NCBI GenBank assembly: GCA_965227515.1
Contig: CBDDFZ010000001.1
Coordinates: 1,472,001-1,536,000, forward strand
DNA length: 64,000 bases
Source: Alphaproteobacteria bacterium
GTDB taxonomy: Bacteria > Pseudomonadota > Alphaproteobacteria > CALKHQ01
Direction of reading: 5' to 3'
The translations under genes and the position numbers were made by a program. The notes beneath the pieces were generated by a model, which searched no databases, had not been told where the DNA came from, and saw only the letters and a program-made list of their open reading frames with translations. Shown here piece by piece: positions 50,893-60,704 of this stretch (its first letter is position 1; the number at the start of each line of letters is the position of its first letter).

Positions 50893-51921
50893 CTACAAAA
50901 ACACCTCGCGGATGTCGATGGAGCTCTTCTGGCCGATGGCGTCGCCATGGTCGACCAGCCAGCGGTCGGCGTCCTTGCGGCCCAGGTCGCGCAGATAGAG
51001 CAGGAAATCCCAGTCCGCGTTCAGCTTCGATGAGTGGCCGAGGTCGTCCAGGTCGTCGGCCCCGCCGATCATGTGGACGAAAATCCGCTTGTAGTGCTGC
51101 TCGTCCAGCTTGCCTTCCTCGATCAGCCGGGTAACGAACTCGATCGCCCGCATCTCGCGCATCAGCCCGGCGTTGAACGTCACCTCGTTCAGGCGGTCGA
51201 CGATGGCGGTGGTCGATTGCGGCACCTCGTCCCGGTTCAGCGGGTTGAGCTGCACGATCACCACGTCCCTGACGTCGGACTGGTAGATCAGCGGATAGAT
51301 CGCCGGGTTGCCGGAATAGCCGCCGTCCCAATATGCCTCGCCGTCGATCTCCACCGCGCGGTAGAGGAACGGCAGGCAGGCGGACGCCATGCACACGTCC
51401 GATGTCAGCTCCTGCGGCTTGAACACCTTGATCTTGCCGGAGCGCACGTTGGTGGCGGTGACGAACAGGCGCGGTGCGCACTTCTCGCGCAGGGCCGCGA
51501 AGTCGAACAGCTCGTCGAGGGTGCGGTGCAGCGGGTTCCAGTCGAACGGATTGAACTGGTAGGGCGACAGGAACCGCGTCATCAGGTCGAAGGCCCAGAA
51601 CGCGGGCGAGCGGTCCAGGTTCCAGCGCCCGGCCAACCGGTCGAGCGGCGTGCGCGGCATCGGCCCGATCGAGCCCATGCGGCTGATCCGGCGCCAGAAC
51701 TGCGCGAGCGACCGCTTGGCGCCGTCCGCACCGCCATGGGCCATGCCGTGGGCCAGCGCCACGCCGTTCATTGCGCCGGCACTGGTGCCGCTGATGGCGT
51801 CGATGTGGAGGTCGGGCTCCTCCAGCAACCGGTCGAGCACGCCCCAGGTGAAGGCGCCGTGCGAGCCGCCGCCCTGCAGCGCCAGGTTGATGCTGCGTGG
51901 CTTCCCGCCGGCTGCCGCCAT
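50893..51921 (-). CDS. Patatin-like phospholipase
   Basis: GGGSHG, GTSAG, WDGG. Confidence 0.93.
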   Translation of the reverse strand: MAAAGGKPRSINLALQGGGSHGAFTWGVLDRLLEEPDLHIDAISGTSAGAMNGVALAHGMAHGGADGAKRSLAQFWRRISRMGSIGPMPRTPLDRLAGRWNLDRSPAFWAFDLMTRFLSPYQFNPFDWNPLHRTLDELFDFAALREKCAPRLFVTATNVRSGKIKVFKPQELTSDVCMASACLPFLYRAVEIDGEAYWDGGYSGNPAIYPLIYQSDVRDVVIVQLNPLNRDEVPQSTTAIVDRLNEVTFNAGLMREMRAIEFVTRLIEEGKLDEQHYKRIFVHMIGGADDLDDLGHSSKLNADWDFLLYLRDLGRKDADRWLVDHGDAIGQKSSIDIREVFL

Positions 51922-51925
51922 GGTC

Positions 51926-53434
51926 CTAGCCGTTGCCGATGTCGAAGCTGAGGCCCTGGGCGAGCGGCAGGGCGGAGGAATAGTTCACTGTGTTGGTCTG
52001 CCGCCGCATGTAGCCTTTCCAGGCGTCGGAGCCGGACTCCCGACCGCCGCCGGTGTCCTTCTCGCCGCCGAACGCGCCGCCGATCTCCGCGCCGCTGGGG
52101 CCGACATTGACGTTGGCGATGCCGCAGTCGCTGCCGGCCGCCGACATGAAGAACTCCGCCTCGCGCACGTCGGTGGTGAAGATGCAGGACGACAGGCCCT
52201 GGGGCACCGCGTTGTGCATCGCCAGCGCCTCGTCGAAGTCGCGGTAGTGCATCGTGTAGAGCAGCGGCGCGAAGGTCTCCTCGCACACCGTATCCGTCTG
52301 CTCGGGCATCTCCACGATGGCCGGGGCGACGTAGTAGGCGTCCGGGTACTGGTCCTCCAGCACGCGCTCGCCGCCGAACACATGGCCGCCCTCGCCGGGC
52401 AGCCGGTCGAGCGCGTCGGCCATGCGGCCATAGGAATGCTCGTCGATCAACGGGCCGACCAGGGTCGCCTTGTCGCGCGGATCGCCGATCTTGATCTGGG
52501 CGTAGACCTTCTTCAGCCGGCCCACCAGGTCGTCGTGCACGTCCTCGTGCACGATCAGCCGGCGCAGGCTGGTGCAGCGCTGGCCGGCGGTGCCGACGGC
52601 GGAGAACACGATGGCGCGCACCGCCAGGTCCAGGTCGGCCGACGGCGCCACGATCATGGCGTTGTTGCCGCCGAGCTCCAGGATGGTGCGGCCGAAGCGG
52701 CCGGCGACGACCGGGCCGACGTCGCGGCCCATGCGGCAGCTTCCGGTGGCCGAGATCAGCGGCAGCCGTGGGTCCTGGCAAAGCTGGACACCGGCGGCGC
52801 GGTCGCCGATCAGCACCGACGACACTCCCTTCGGCGCGTCGCCGAACTTCTTGCGCGCGCGCTTGAACAGGGCATGGCAGGCGAGTGCGGTCAGCGGCGT
52901 CTTCTCCGAGGGCTTCCAGATCACCGGGTCGCCGCAGACGACGGCCAGCGCCAGGTTCCAGGACCACACCGCCACCGGGAAATTGAAGGCGGAGATTACC
53001 GCCGCCGGCCCCAGCGGGTGCCAGCTTTCGCGCAGCGCGTGGCCGGGCCGTTCCGAGGCGATGGTCAGCCCGTAGAGCTGGCGCGACAGCCCGACCGCGA
53101 AGTCGCAGATGTCGATCATTTCCTGCACTTCGCCGCGGCCTTCCTCGACGATCTTGCCGGCCTCCAGCGTGACGAGGTCGCCGAGCGCGTTCTTGTGCGC
53201 GCGCAGCTCGTCCCCGAACAGGCGGATCAGCTCGCCGCGCCGGGGTGCCGGCACCTGACGCCAGGTGTGGAATGCGCTCTCCGCCGCCGCGATCTTGCGC
53301 TCGACCGCCGCTTCGTCGTGCGGCGCGACCTCGGCGATGGTGCTGCCATCGATCGGCGTCGTCACCGCCAGCGACCCGCCGGTCAGCTTGGCGGGGTTGA
53401 GGTGAAGCGCTTCCAGGGTGGCGGAAATATCCAT
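51926..53434 (-). CDS. Aldehyde dehydrogenase, ALDH7 / piperideine-6-carboxylate dehydrogenase-like
   Basis: FNFPVAVW, LELGGNN, GQRCT, GAEIGGAFGGEKDTGGGRESGSDAWK. Confidence 0.9.
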   Translation of the reverse strand: MDISATLEALHLNPAKLTGGSLAVTTPIDGSTIAEVAPHDEAAVERKIAAAESAFHTWRQVPAPRRGELIRLFGDELRAHKNALGDLVTLEAGKIVEEGRGEVQEMIDICDFAVGLSRQLYGLTIASERPGHALRESWHPLGPAAVISAFNFPVAVWSWNLALAVVCGDPVIWKPSEKTPLTALACHALFKRARKKFGDAPKGVSSVLIGDRAAGVQLCQDPRLPLISATGSCRMGRDVGPVVAGRFGRTILELGGNNAMIVAPSADLDLAVRAIVFSAVGTAGQRCTSLRRLIVHEDVHDDLVGRLKKVYAQIKIGDPRDKATLVGPLIDEHSYGRMADALDRLPGEGGHVFGGERVLEDQYPDAYYVAPAIVEMPEQTDTVCEETFAPLLYTMHYRDFDEALAMHNAVPQGLSSCIFTTDVREAEFFMSAAGSDCGIANVNVGPSGAEIGGAFGGEKDTGGGRESGSDAWKGYMRRQTNTVNYSSALPLAQGLSFDIGNG

Positions 53435-53605
53435 CGGTCGGGTCGTCCGGTCGGTCCAGATTGGCGGTGCATTTGCCGTTGGCAGGCCGCCGGAGGGTTA
53501 TAACGGCGCGCGCGTGCGCGCCAAAGCTTGTAAATTTGCCAACGCGGGCATGCGCCGTATCATGCCGCCCGCCTAGAGCGTGATCTCAATCATGGACCGC
53601 ACACA

Positions 53606-55255
53606 TTGACCAAGTTCGATGCCCCTTTCCTCGGCCGCAACGCCGCCAACCATGTGCCGCTGACGCCGCTGACGCTGATGGCGCGCGCCGCGACCGTGTT
53701 CCCGGACCATCCAGCCGTTGTGCACGGGCCCGTGACCCGCAGCTGGGGCGAGACCTATGCCCGCTGCCGGCAGTTGGCGTCGGCGCTCAGCGCGCGCGGC
53801 ATCGGCAAGGGCGACACGGTCGCGGTGATGGCGCCGAACGTGCCGGCGCTGTTCGAGGCGCACTACGGCATTCCGATGGCGGGTGCTGTGCTGAACGCGC
53901 TCAACACCCGGCTCGATGCCAGGACCATCGCCTACATCCTGGAGCACGGCGAGGCGAGGCTGCTGATCGCCGATACCGCGTTCTCCGGCATCTTGAAGCC
54001 GGCGCTCGCCCTGATGGCCGACCCGCCCGAGGTGATCGACATCGACGATCCCCAAGCAATCAAAGGGGGCGCCGTGCATGCGGATGGCGCGGGCGAGCGA
54101 CTGGGCAGGACCGACTACGAAGCCTTCATCGCGACCGGCGACGCCGGCTTCGACTGGGTGATGCCCGCCGACGAGTGGGACGCGATCAGCCTCAACTACA
54201 CGTCCGGCACCACCGGCAACCCCAAAGGCGTGGTCTATCACCACCGCGGCGCCTATCTGTTGGCGATGGACAACACGGTGGTCTGGGGCATGACCCAGCA
54301 CCCGGTCTATCTGTGGACGCTGCCGATGTTCCACTGCAACGGCTGGTGCTTCCCGTGGACCATGGCGGCAGTGGCCGGCACCAATGTCTGCCTGCGCCAG
54401 GTGGAAGCGGGTGCGATCTTCGATGCGATCGCGCGCGATGGCGTCACCCATCTGTGCGGCGCGCCGATCGTGATGAACATGCTGATCAACCACCCGGCGG
54501 AGAAGCGCCCCGCCCTCGACCGCACCGTCGAGATGATGACCGCGGCCTCCGCGCCGCCGGCCACCATCTTGGAGGCGATGGCCGGCATCGGCTTCAAGGT
54601 CACCCACGTCTATGGCCTGACCGAGGTCTACGGTCCGGCGGTGGTCTGCGCCTGGAAGGAAGCATGGGACGATCTGCCGATATCCGAGCAGGCGACCATC
54701 AAGGCACGCCAGGGCGTCGCCTATCCGGCGTTGTCCGGCCTGATGGTCGGCGACCCGGAGACGATGGACCCGTTGCCGGACGACGGTGCGGCCATCGGCG
54801 AGGTTTTCATGCGCGGCAACATCGTCATGAAGGGCTATCTGAAGGACGAGGCGGCAACCGCGAAGGCGTTTCGCGGCGGCTGGTTTCACACCGGCGACCT
54901 GGGCGTGATGCACCCCGACGGCTACATCGAGCTGAAGGACAGGTCGAAGGACATCATCATTTCCGGCGGCGAGAACATCTCGACCATCGAGGTGGAGAGC
55001 GTGCTCTACCGCCACCCGGATGTGCTGGAGGCGGCCGTGGTGGCGCGGCCCGACGACAAGTGGGGCGAGACGCCGTGCGCCTTCGTCGACCTGAAGACCG
55101 GGGCCAGCGCCACCGCCGACGATATCATCGCCTTCTGCCGTGCCAACATGGCGCACTTCAAGGCGCCGAAAACCGTTGTATTCGGAGCGCTGCCCAAGAC
55201 CTCGACCGGCAAGGTGCAGAAGTTCGTGCTGCGCGACAAAGCCAAGGCGCTTTAG
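53606..55255 (+). CDS. Acyl-CoA synthetase (AMP-binding)
   Basis: YTSGTTGNPKG, YGLTE, GWFHTGD, IISGGENI, PKTSTGK; TTG start uncertain. Confidence 0.92.
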   Translation: MTKFDAPFLGRNAANHVPLTPLTLMARAATVFPDHPAVVHGPVTRSWGETYARCRQLASALSARGIGKGDTVAVMAPNVPALFEAHYGIPMAGAVLNALNTRLDARTIAYILEHGEARLLIADTAFSGILKPALALMADPPEVIDIDDPQAIKGGAVHADGAGERLGRTDYEAFIATGDAGFDWVMPADEWDAISLNYTSGTTGNPKGVVYHHRGAYLLAMDNTVVWGMTQHPVYLWTLPMFHCNGWCFPWTMAAVAGTNVCLRQVEAGAIFDAIARDGVTHLCGAPIVMNMLINHPAEKRPALDRTVEMMTAASAPPATILEAMAGIGFKVTHVYGLTEVYGPAVVCAWKEAWDDLPISEQATIKARQGVAYPALSGLMVGDPETMDPLPDDGAAIGEVFMRGNIVMKGYLKDEAATAKAFRGGWFHTGDLGVMHPDGYIELKDRSKDIIISGGENISTIEVESVLYRHPDVLEAAVVARPDDKWGETPCAFVDLKTGASATADDIIAFCRANMAHFKAPKTVVFGALPKTSTGKVQKFVLRDKAKAL

Positions 55256-55274
55256 GGGCGGAAGGACCATTGCG

Positions 55275-56276
55275 ATGACTCACAACCCGGCCCCGTCCTT
55301 CCCGAACACCCGCATGCGGCGTAACCGGCGCACGCCATGGCTGCGCGACCTGATGGCGGAGACCCGATTGGGGCCGCAGGACCTGATCTGGCCGGTATTC
55401 GTGCACGACGGGGAGGAGGCGGAGGTGCCCGTGCCGTCGCTGCCCGGCGTTTCGCGGATGTCGATTCCGCGCCTGGTGGACGCCGCCGGCGAGGCGCACG
55501 GCCTCGGCATTCCGCTGATCGCGTTGTTTCCCGCCGTCGACCCGGCCCTGAAGACCGCGGACGGGCGCGAGGCGACCAACCCGGACAATCTGGTCTGCCG
55601 CGCCATCCGCGCCATCAAGGACGCGGTGCCGGAGATCGGCGTGATGGGCGACGTCGCACTCGACCCCTATACCGACCACGGCCATGACGGGTTGATGGAG
55701 GACGGCGAGATCCTCAACGACCCGACGGTCGAGGTGCTGTGCGGACAGGCGCTGGCGCTGGCCGGTGCCGGCTGCGACGTGATCGCGCCGTCGGACATGA
55801 TGGACGGGCGCATCGGCGCCCTGCGCGCGGTACTCGACGGGGCGGGCCACCAGCAGGCCTGCATCATGGCCTATGCCGCCAAGTACGCCTCCGCCTATTA
55901 CGGCCCGTTTCGCGATGCGGTCGGCTCGCTGAAGGCGCTGCAGGGCGACAAGCGCACCTATCAGATGAACCCGGCCAATGGCGACGAGGCGCTGCGCGAA
56001 GTGGCGCTCGACATCGCCGAGGGCGCCGACATGGTGATGGTGAAACCGGGCCTGCCCTACCTCGACGTCGTCCACCGGGTGAAGGCGGCATTCGCGATGC
56101 CGACCTACGCCTACCAGGTGTCTGGCGAGTACGCGATGATCGCCGCCGCCGCCGAGCGCGGCTGGCTGGAGCGCGACGCGGTGGTCGCCGAGAGCCTGAT
56201 CGCGTTCAAGCGCGCCGGCGCCGACGGCATCCTCACCTACTTCGCGGTCGAGATGGCGAAGCGGCTGGCGGGATGA
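55275..56276 (+). CDS. hemB: Porphobilinogen synthase
   Basis: DVALDPYTDHGHDG, PSDMMDGR, VMVKP, YQVSGEY. Confidence 0.97.
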   Translation: MTHNPAPSFPNTRMRRNRRTPWLRDLMAETRLGPQDLIWPVFVHDGEEAEVPVPSLPGVSRMSIPRLVDAAGEAHGLGIPLIALFPAVDPALKTADGREATNPDNLVCRAIRAIKDAVPEIGVMGDVALDPYTDHGHDGLMEDGEILNDPTVEVLCGQALALAGAGCDVIAPSDMMDGRIGALRAVLDGAGHQQACIMAYAAKYASAYYGPFRDAVGSLKALQGDKRTYQMNPANGDEALREVALDIAEGADMVMVKPGLPYLDVVHRVKAAFAMPTYAYQVSGEYAMIAAAAERGWLERDAVVAESLIAFKRAGADGILTYFAVEMAKRLAG

Positions 56277-56295
56277 CACCTACCAAGTCAACGAT

Positions 56296-56386
56296 GTCAT
56301 GCGCGGACTTGATCCGCGCATCCACGTCTTTATTGGCCGCTTAAGCGGCCATTTTCGTGGATGGCCGGGTCAAGCCCGGCCATGAC
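56296..56386. repeat. Family A element copy 3
   Basis: GTCATGCGCGGACTTGATCCGCGCATCCACG...CGTGGATGGCCGGGTCAAGCCCGGCCATGAC. Confidence 0.9.
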
Positions 56387-56473
56387 GGTGTGGATTGGTT
56401 GGCCACAACCAACTGAACCAATCCGCCGGCCGCCGCGACCACCCTCCTGAAGGTAGAACAGGAGGGTTTCCCA

Positions 56474-57076
56474 ATGTCTCGTATCACGACCGCATTCAAG
56501 GCGGCCGCGTTGGCCGTGCTTGCCGTTTCCGGCGTCAGCGCCTCGGCATCCGCCAACCCGCCGTTGGCCGCGCTCTGCGACGGCAGCCAGGCACTGAACC
56601 TCGACGGTTATGTCGGCTTCTACCGGGCGGTGCTGCTCGACGGCTATGTCGTCGGCGAGGATGGCCTGGTGCCACCGATGTGGCCCGAGTTCATCCCGAT
56701 CCAGATCATGCGCTACGGGCCGGACACGCTGGTGATCTCCGGCATCGGCGACGATGGCAGCGGCCCCAGCATTCCGCTCTACGACACCGATGGCGTGTCG
56801 TGGGCCTATGCCGAATCCTGGACCGACGGCCCCGCCGACGGCGCGCTCAGCGTGGCCGATGTGGTCTCGATGACCGGGTGCGAGCCGATTGACCTGCAGC
56901 ACGTGCTGGCCGGCAGCGCCAACATCGCCATGGACGGATCGGTGATCCAGATGACCGTCAGCTTCCTGCCCGGTGGGTCCGGCGCGATGTACGGCCACGC
57001 CTATTTCCACGCCACCACGCCCGCCGGCCACCCCTACCAGGGGTTCTTCAACGTCGAGTTGGTGCCCTGGGGTTAG
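56474..57076 (+). CDS. Secreted acidic hypothetical protein
   Basis: GGAGG RBS; signal peptide ending ASA-N. Confidence 0.75.
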   Translation: MSRITTAFKAAALAVLAVSGVSASASANPPLAALCDGSQALNLDGYVGFYRAVLLDGYVVGEDGLVPPMWPEFIPIQIMRYGPDTLVISGIGDDGSGPSIPLYDTDGVSWAYAESWTDGPADGALSVADVVSMTGCEPIDLQHVLAGSANIAMDGSVIQMTVSFLPGGSGAMYGHAYFHATTPAGHPYQGFFNVELVPWG

Positions 57077-57099
57077 GGCGTTGCGTGGCAAACCAATCA

Positions 57100-57191
57100 C
57101 GTCATGCCCGCACTTGTTGCGGGCATCCACGCCTTCCATTGGCGGCTCTGCCGCCATCTCGTGGATGCTCGGGACAAGCCCGAGCATGACG
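57100..57191. repeat. Family A element copy 4
   Basis: CGTCATGCCCGCACTTGTTGCGGGCATCCACG...CGTGGATGCTCGGGACAAGCCCGAGCATGACG. Confidence 0.9.
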
Positions 57192-57329
57192 GGGTGTGTA
57201 TGGCAGGCAGCTCGCGTTTGATCGAACCTATCCTGTCCAGCGAAAGGTTTCGGGCCGGCGCTCGCGCCACACAACCGCCACAAGTGGCGCTCACCACTAC
57301 GCCCGGACGGATCGGTGGGAGAAGGCGGA

Positions 57330-58025
57330 ATGCGGCGGCGTCTCACCCGCTATGGCTTGCGCACGATCGGTGTCATTGTCGGGCTGACGGCGCTCTATTT
57401 CGGCGCTGCCTTCGGTCTGGCCTATCTGCCGATGAACGGCGACGCGGCACTGGCGGCGGACGACAGCTCGCCCGGCATCGTCATCGGCGTCTCGTCCAAC
57501 GGCATCCACGCCAACCTGCACCTGCCGGTGGTGGCCGCCGGCATCGACTGGCGCCAGGACTTCCCGATGGCGCTGTTCCCGGACACCCCGGCGGTGATCG
57601 ATTCCATCTCGTTCGGCTGGGGCCACAAGGACTTCTATCTGAACACGCCGACCTGGGACCAGTTCGACCCGCTGGTCGGCGCCCAGGCGATGGTCGGCAT
57701 CGGCGATGCCGCGCTGCACGTCGGCTACTGGCCGCCGCAGGCGCTGGGCGAGCATTTCGTGCTGACCCGCATCTCCGTCGAGGACTACCGGGCGCTGGCC
57801 GCCTACATCCAGGCCGCCATCGTGCGCGGCGACGACGGCCGGCCGCTATGGATTGAGGGCTTCAGTTACAAGGGCAACGATGCGTTCTTCGAGGCGCATG
57901 GCAGCTACAACCTGTTCGTCACCTGCAACGAGTGGGTGCGTAGGGGGCTGGCGGTCGCCGGCGTGCGCACCGGCTGGTGGAGCCCGTTCCCCGGCCCGCT
58001 GCTGGACCATTTGCGGCCGTCGTAA
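57330..58025 (+). CDS. TIGR02117/DUF2459-like protein
   Basis: SNGIH, FGWG..FYL.TPTW, Y.LF.TCN.W. Confidence 0.75.
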   Translation: MRRRLTRYGLRTIGVIVGLTALYFGAAFGLAYLPMNGDAALAADDSSPGIVIGVSSNGIHANLHLPVVAAGIDWRQDFPMALFPDTPAVIDSISFGWGHKDFYLNTPTWDQFDPLVGAQAMVGIGDAALHVGYWPPQALGEHFVLTRISVEDYRALAAYIQAAIVRGDDGRPLWIEGFSYKGNDAFFEAHGSYNLFVTCNEWVRRGLAVAGVRTGWWSPFPGPLLDHLRPS

Positions 58026-58076
58026 GAGGCGCGCCTGGCGGTGCAAGCGGGCATGGAACAAGTGTAGAATACCGCC

Positions 58077-60578
58077 ATGCCAGATGACGCCCCGCCCATA
58101 GTCGCGCTCCCTGAGCGGTTCACCGACTGGTTCGCGGACCGCGGCTGGGCGCCGCACCGCCACCAGCTCGAGGTGATCTCGGCGGTGCGGTCGGGCCGCT
58201 CGGTGCTGCTGATCGCGCCCACCGGCGGCGGCAAGACGCTGGCCGGCTTCCTGCCCAGCCTGGTCGATCTGGCCGAGACGGCGGACGGCCTGGACGACCT
58301 GCACACGCTCTACATCTCGCCCCTGAAGGCACTGACGGTCGACGTCCACCGCAATCTGACCACGCCCATTGCCGACATGGGGCTGGCGATCCAGGCCGAG
58401 ACCCGCACCGGCGACACGCCGTCCCACAAGCGGCAACGCCAGCGCCAGCGCCCGCCGCACATACTGCTGACCACGCCCGAGTCGCTGGCGCTGCTCATGA
58501 CCTATGCCGACGCGCCGCGCATGTTCCGCCGCCTGAAATGCGTGGTCATCGACGAGCTGCACGCGATGGCCGGCACCAAGCGCGGCGACCAGCTCGCGCT
58601 CTGCCTTGCACGGCTCAGCACCCTGTCGCCCGATGCCACCCGCATCGGGCTGTCGGCCACCGTCGCCTACCCGGACGCGCTGGCGGCGTGGCTGGGCTCG
58701 GGCGGGCGCGACGTCCACCTGATCCGCGGCGGCGGCGACAAGAAGGCGGTGGTGCGCATCCAGGAGACCAAGGGCGAGTTGCCGTGGTCGGGCCACATCG
58801 GCTACCGCGCGGTGCCGGAGCTTTACGGGGAGATCAGCCAAGCCGGGGTCACCATCGTGTTCGTCAACACCCGCGCCCAGGCGGAGATCATCTTCCAGGC
58901 GCTGTGGGAGGTGAACGAGGACAATCTGCCGATCGCGCTTCACCACGGCAGCCTGGCGGTCGAGCAGCGCCGCAAGGTCGAGGCGGCGATGTCGCGCGGG
59001 TCCTTGCGCGCGGTGGTGGCGACCTCGTCGCTCGACCTCGGCATCGACTGGGCAGACGTCGACCTCGTCATCCAGATCGGCGCGCCGAAGGGGGCGAGCC
59101 GGATGATCCAGCGCATCGGCCGCGCCGGCCACCGGCTGGACGTGCCGAGCCAGGCGCTGCTGGTGCCGGCGAACCGGTTCGAGGTGCTGGAGTGTCGCGC
59201 GGCCGTCGAAGCCATCGACGCCCGCGACCTGGACGGCGACCCGCCCGGCGCCGGGGGGCTCGACGTGCTGGCCCAGCACATCCTCTGCCTCGCCTGCCAG
59301 GGGCCGATCGAGCCAAACGCGCTCTACCGCGAGGTGCGTGGCGCTGCACCCTACGCTGAGCTTGCGCGCAAAGACTTCGACGACACGCTGCGCTTCGCGG
59401 CCGATGGCGGCTATGCGCTTGGCAGCTATGAGCGCTATCAGCGCTTGCGGCGGGACGAGAATGGCCTCTGGCGCATCGCCGCGCCCCGCTTCGCCCAGCG
59501 CCTGCGCATGAACATCGGCACCATCGTCGAGGCGCCGGTGCTGAAAGTGCGCCTGACCGGCGAGGGCAAGCGCAAGTCCGCATTCGGTGGGAAGGTGCTG
59601 GGCGATGTGGAGGACTACTTCGTCAACATGATGACGCCGGGCGACACCTTCATGTTCGCCGGCCGTATGCTGCGGTTCGAGGGCATTCGCGAGAACGCGG
59701 TGATCGCGACGCCGGGCCTGGCCGGCGAGGCGCCGAAGGTGCCGGCCTTCGTCGGCGGGCGGTTGCCGTTCACCACCCAGCTTGCCGACCGGGTGCGCGC
59801 GCTGTTGGAGGACCAGCGGCGCTGGGGCGATCTGCCGGGGCCGGTGGCGGAGTGGCTGCGCCTGCAACTCTGGCGGTCGGAGATGCCGCCGTCCGACGGC
59901 CTGCTGGTCGAGACCTTCCCACGGCGCGAGCGCGAGTACCTGGTCGCCTACACCTTCGCCGGCCGCAACGCGCACCAGACCCTGGGCTTCCTGCTGACCC
60001 GCCGGATGGAGCGCGCCGGGCTGGGGCCGCTTGGCTTCTGCGGCACCGACTACGTGATCGCGGTGTGGAGCCTGCGCCCGGCCCAGGACCTGGACGCGCT
60101 GTTCGACGAGGACATGCTGGGCGACGACCTGGAATCGTGGATGGCGGAATCGTCGCTGCTGAAGCGCACGTTTCGCAATATCGCGGTGATCGCCGGGCTG
60201 ATCGAGCGCCGCAACCCGGGTGCTGAGAAGTCCGGCCGCCAGATCAGCTTCAACGCCGACCTGATCTATGACGTGCTGCGCCGCCACGAGCCCGACCACG
60301 TGCTGCTACGCGCCACCCGCGCCGACGCCGCCAAGGGCTACACCGACATCTCGCGGCTGGCCGGCCTGCTGCGGCGGATCAAGGGGCGCATCCGTCACCG
60401 CCGGCTGGAGCGGGTGTCTCCGCTCGCGGTCCCGGTGCTGCTGGAGGTTGGCAAGGAACAGGTCCACGGCGGTAGCGCCAGCGACGACCTGCTGCACGAG
60501 GCGTCCGCCGATCTCAACGCGGAGGAGCTGATCGCCGAGGCCCTGGCCGGCGCCGACCAGGGCGCGCTGGCGCTATAG
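58077..60578 (+). CDS. Lhr-core-like DEXH-box helicase
   Basis: APTGGGKT, LLTTPESL, IDELH, HHGSL, QRIGRAGH, RMNIGTI. Confidence 0.92.
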   Translation: MPDDAPPIVALPERFTDWFADRGWAPHRHQLEVISAVRSGRSVLLIAPTGGGKTLAGFLPSLVDLAETADGLDDLHTLYISPLKALTVDVHRNLTTPIADMGLAIQAETRTGDTPSHKRQRQRQRPPHILLTTPESLALLMTYADAPRMFRRLKCVVIDELHAMAGTKRGDQLALCLARLSTLSPDATRIGLSATVAYPDALAAWLGSGGRDVHLIRGGGDKKAVVRIQETKGELPWSGHIGYRAVPELYGEISQAGVTIVFVNTRAQAEIIFQALWEVNEDNLPIALHHGSLAVEQRRKVEAAMSRGSLRAVVATSSLDLGIDWADVDLVIQIGAPKGASRMIQRIGRAGHRLDVPSQALLVPANRFEVLECRAAVEAIDARDLDGDPPGAGGLDVLAQHILCLACQGPIEPNALYREVRGAAPYAELARKDFDDTLRFAADGGYALGSYERYQRLRRDENGLWRIAAPRFAQRLRMNIGTIVEAPVLKVRLTGEGKRKSAFGGKVLGDVEDYFVNMMTPGDTFMFAGRMLRFEGIRENAVIATPGLAGEAPKVPAFVGGRLPFTTQLADRVRALLEDQRRWGDLPGPVAEWLRLQLWRSEMPPSDGLLVETFPRREREYLVAYTFAGRNAHQTLGFLLTRRMERAGLGPLGFCGTDYVIAVWSLRPAQDLDALFDEDMLGDDLESWMAESSLLKRTFRNIAVIAGLIERRNPGAEKSGRQISFNADLIYDVLRRHEPDHVLLRATRADAAKGYTDISRLAGLLRRIKGRIRHRRLERVSPLAVPVLLEVGKEQVHGGSASDDLLHEASADLNAEELIAEALAGADQGALAL

Positions 60579-60595
60579 GTTCTGGTCACTTGCGC

Positions 60596-60686
60596 TGAAG
60601 TCGGCACCGGCCCTCTCCCCCACCCGGCCACCCAACGACAGTATGCTCTTGGGGCGGCCGGGTGGGGGAGAGGGCTGGCGCAGACT
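60596..60686. repeat. Family D palindromic element copy 2
   Basis: TGAAGTCGGCACCGGCCCTCTCCCCCACCCGGCCACCCAACG...GGGCTGGCGC. Confidence 0.8.
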
Positions 60687-60704
60687 GAAATATTTAAACG
60701 TGCA

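Noticed and set aside
53462-53476. Possible sigma54 site TGGCGG-N5-TTGC upstream of the acyl-CoA synthetase
   Set aside because: Spacing is right but the -24 match is weak and no activator evidence is present
55275-56276. HemB lacking zinc-binding cysteines (and zinc-free S14)
   Set aside because: Typical alphaproteobacterial variants
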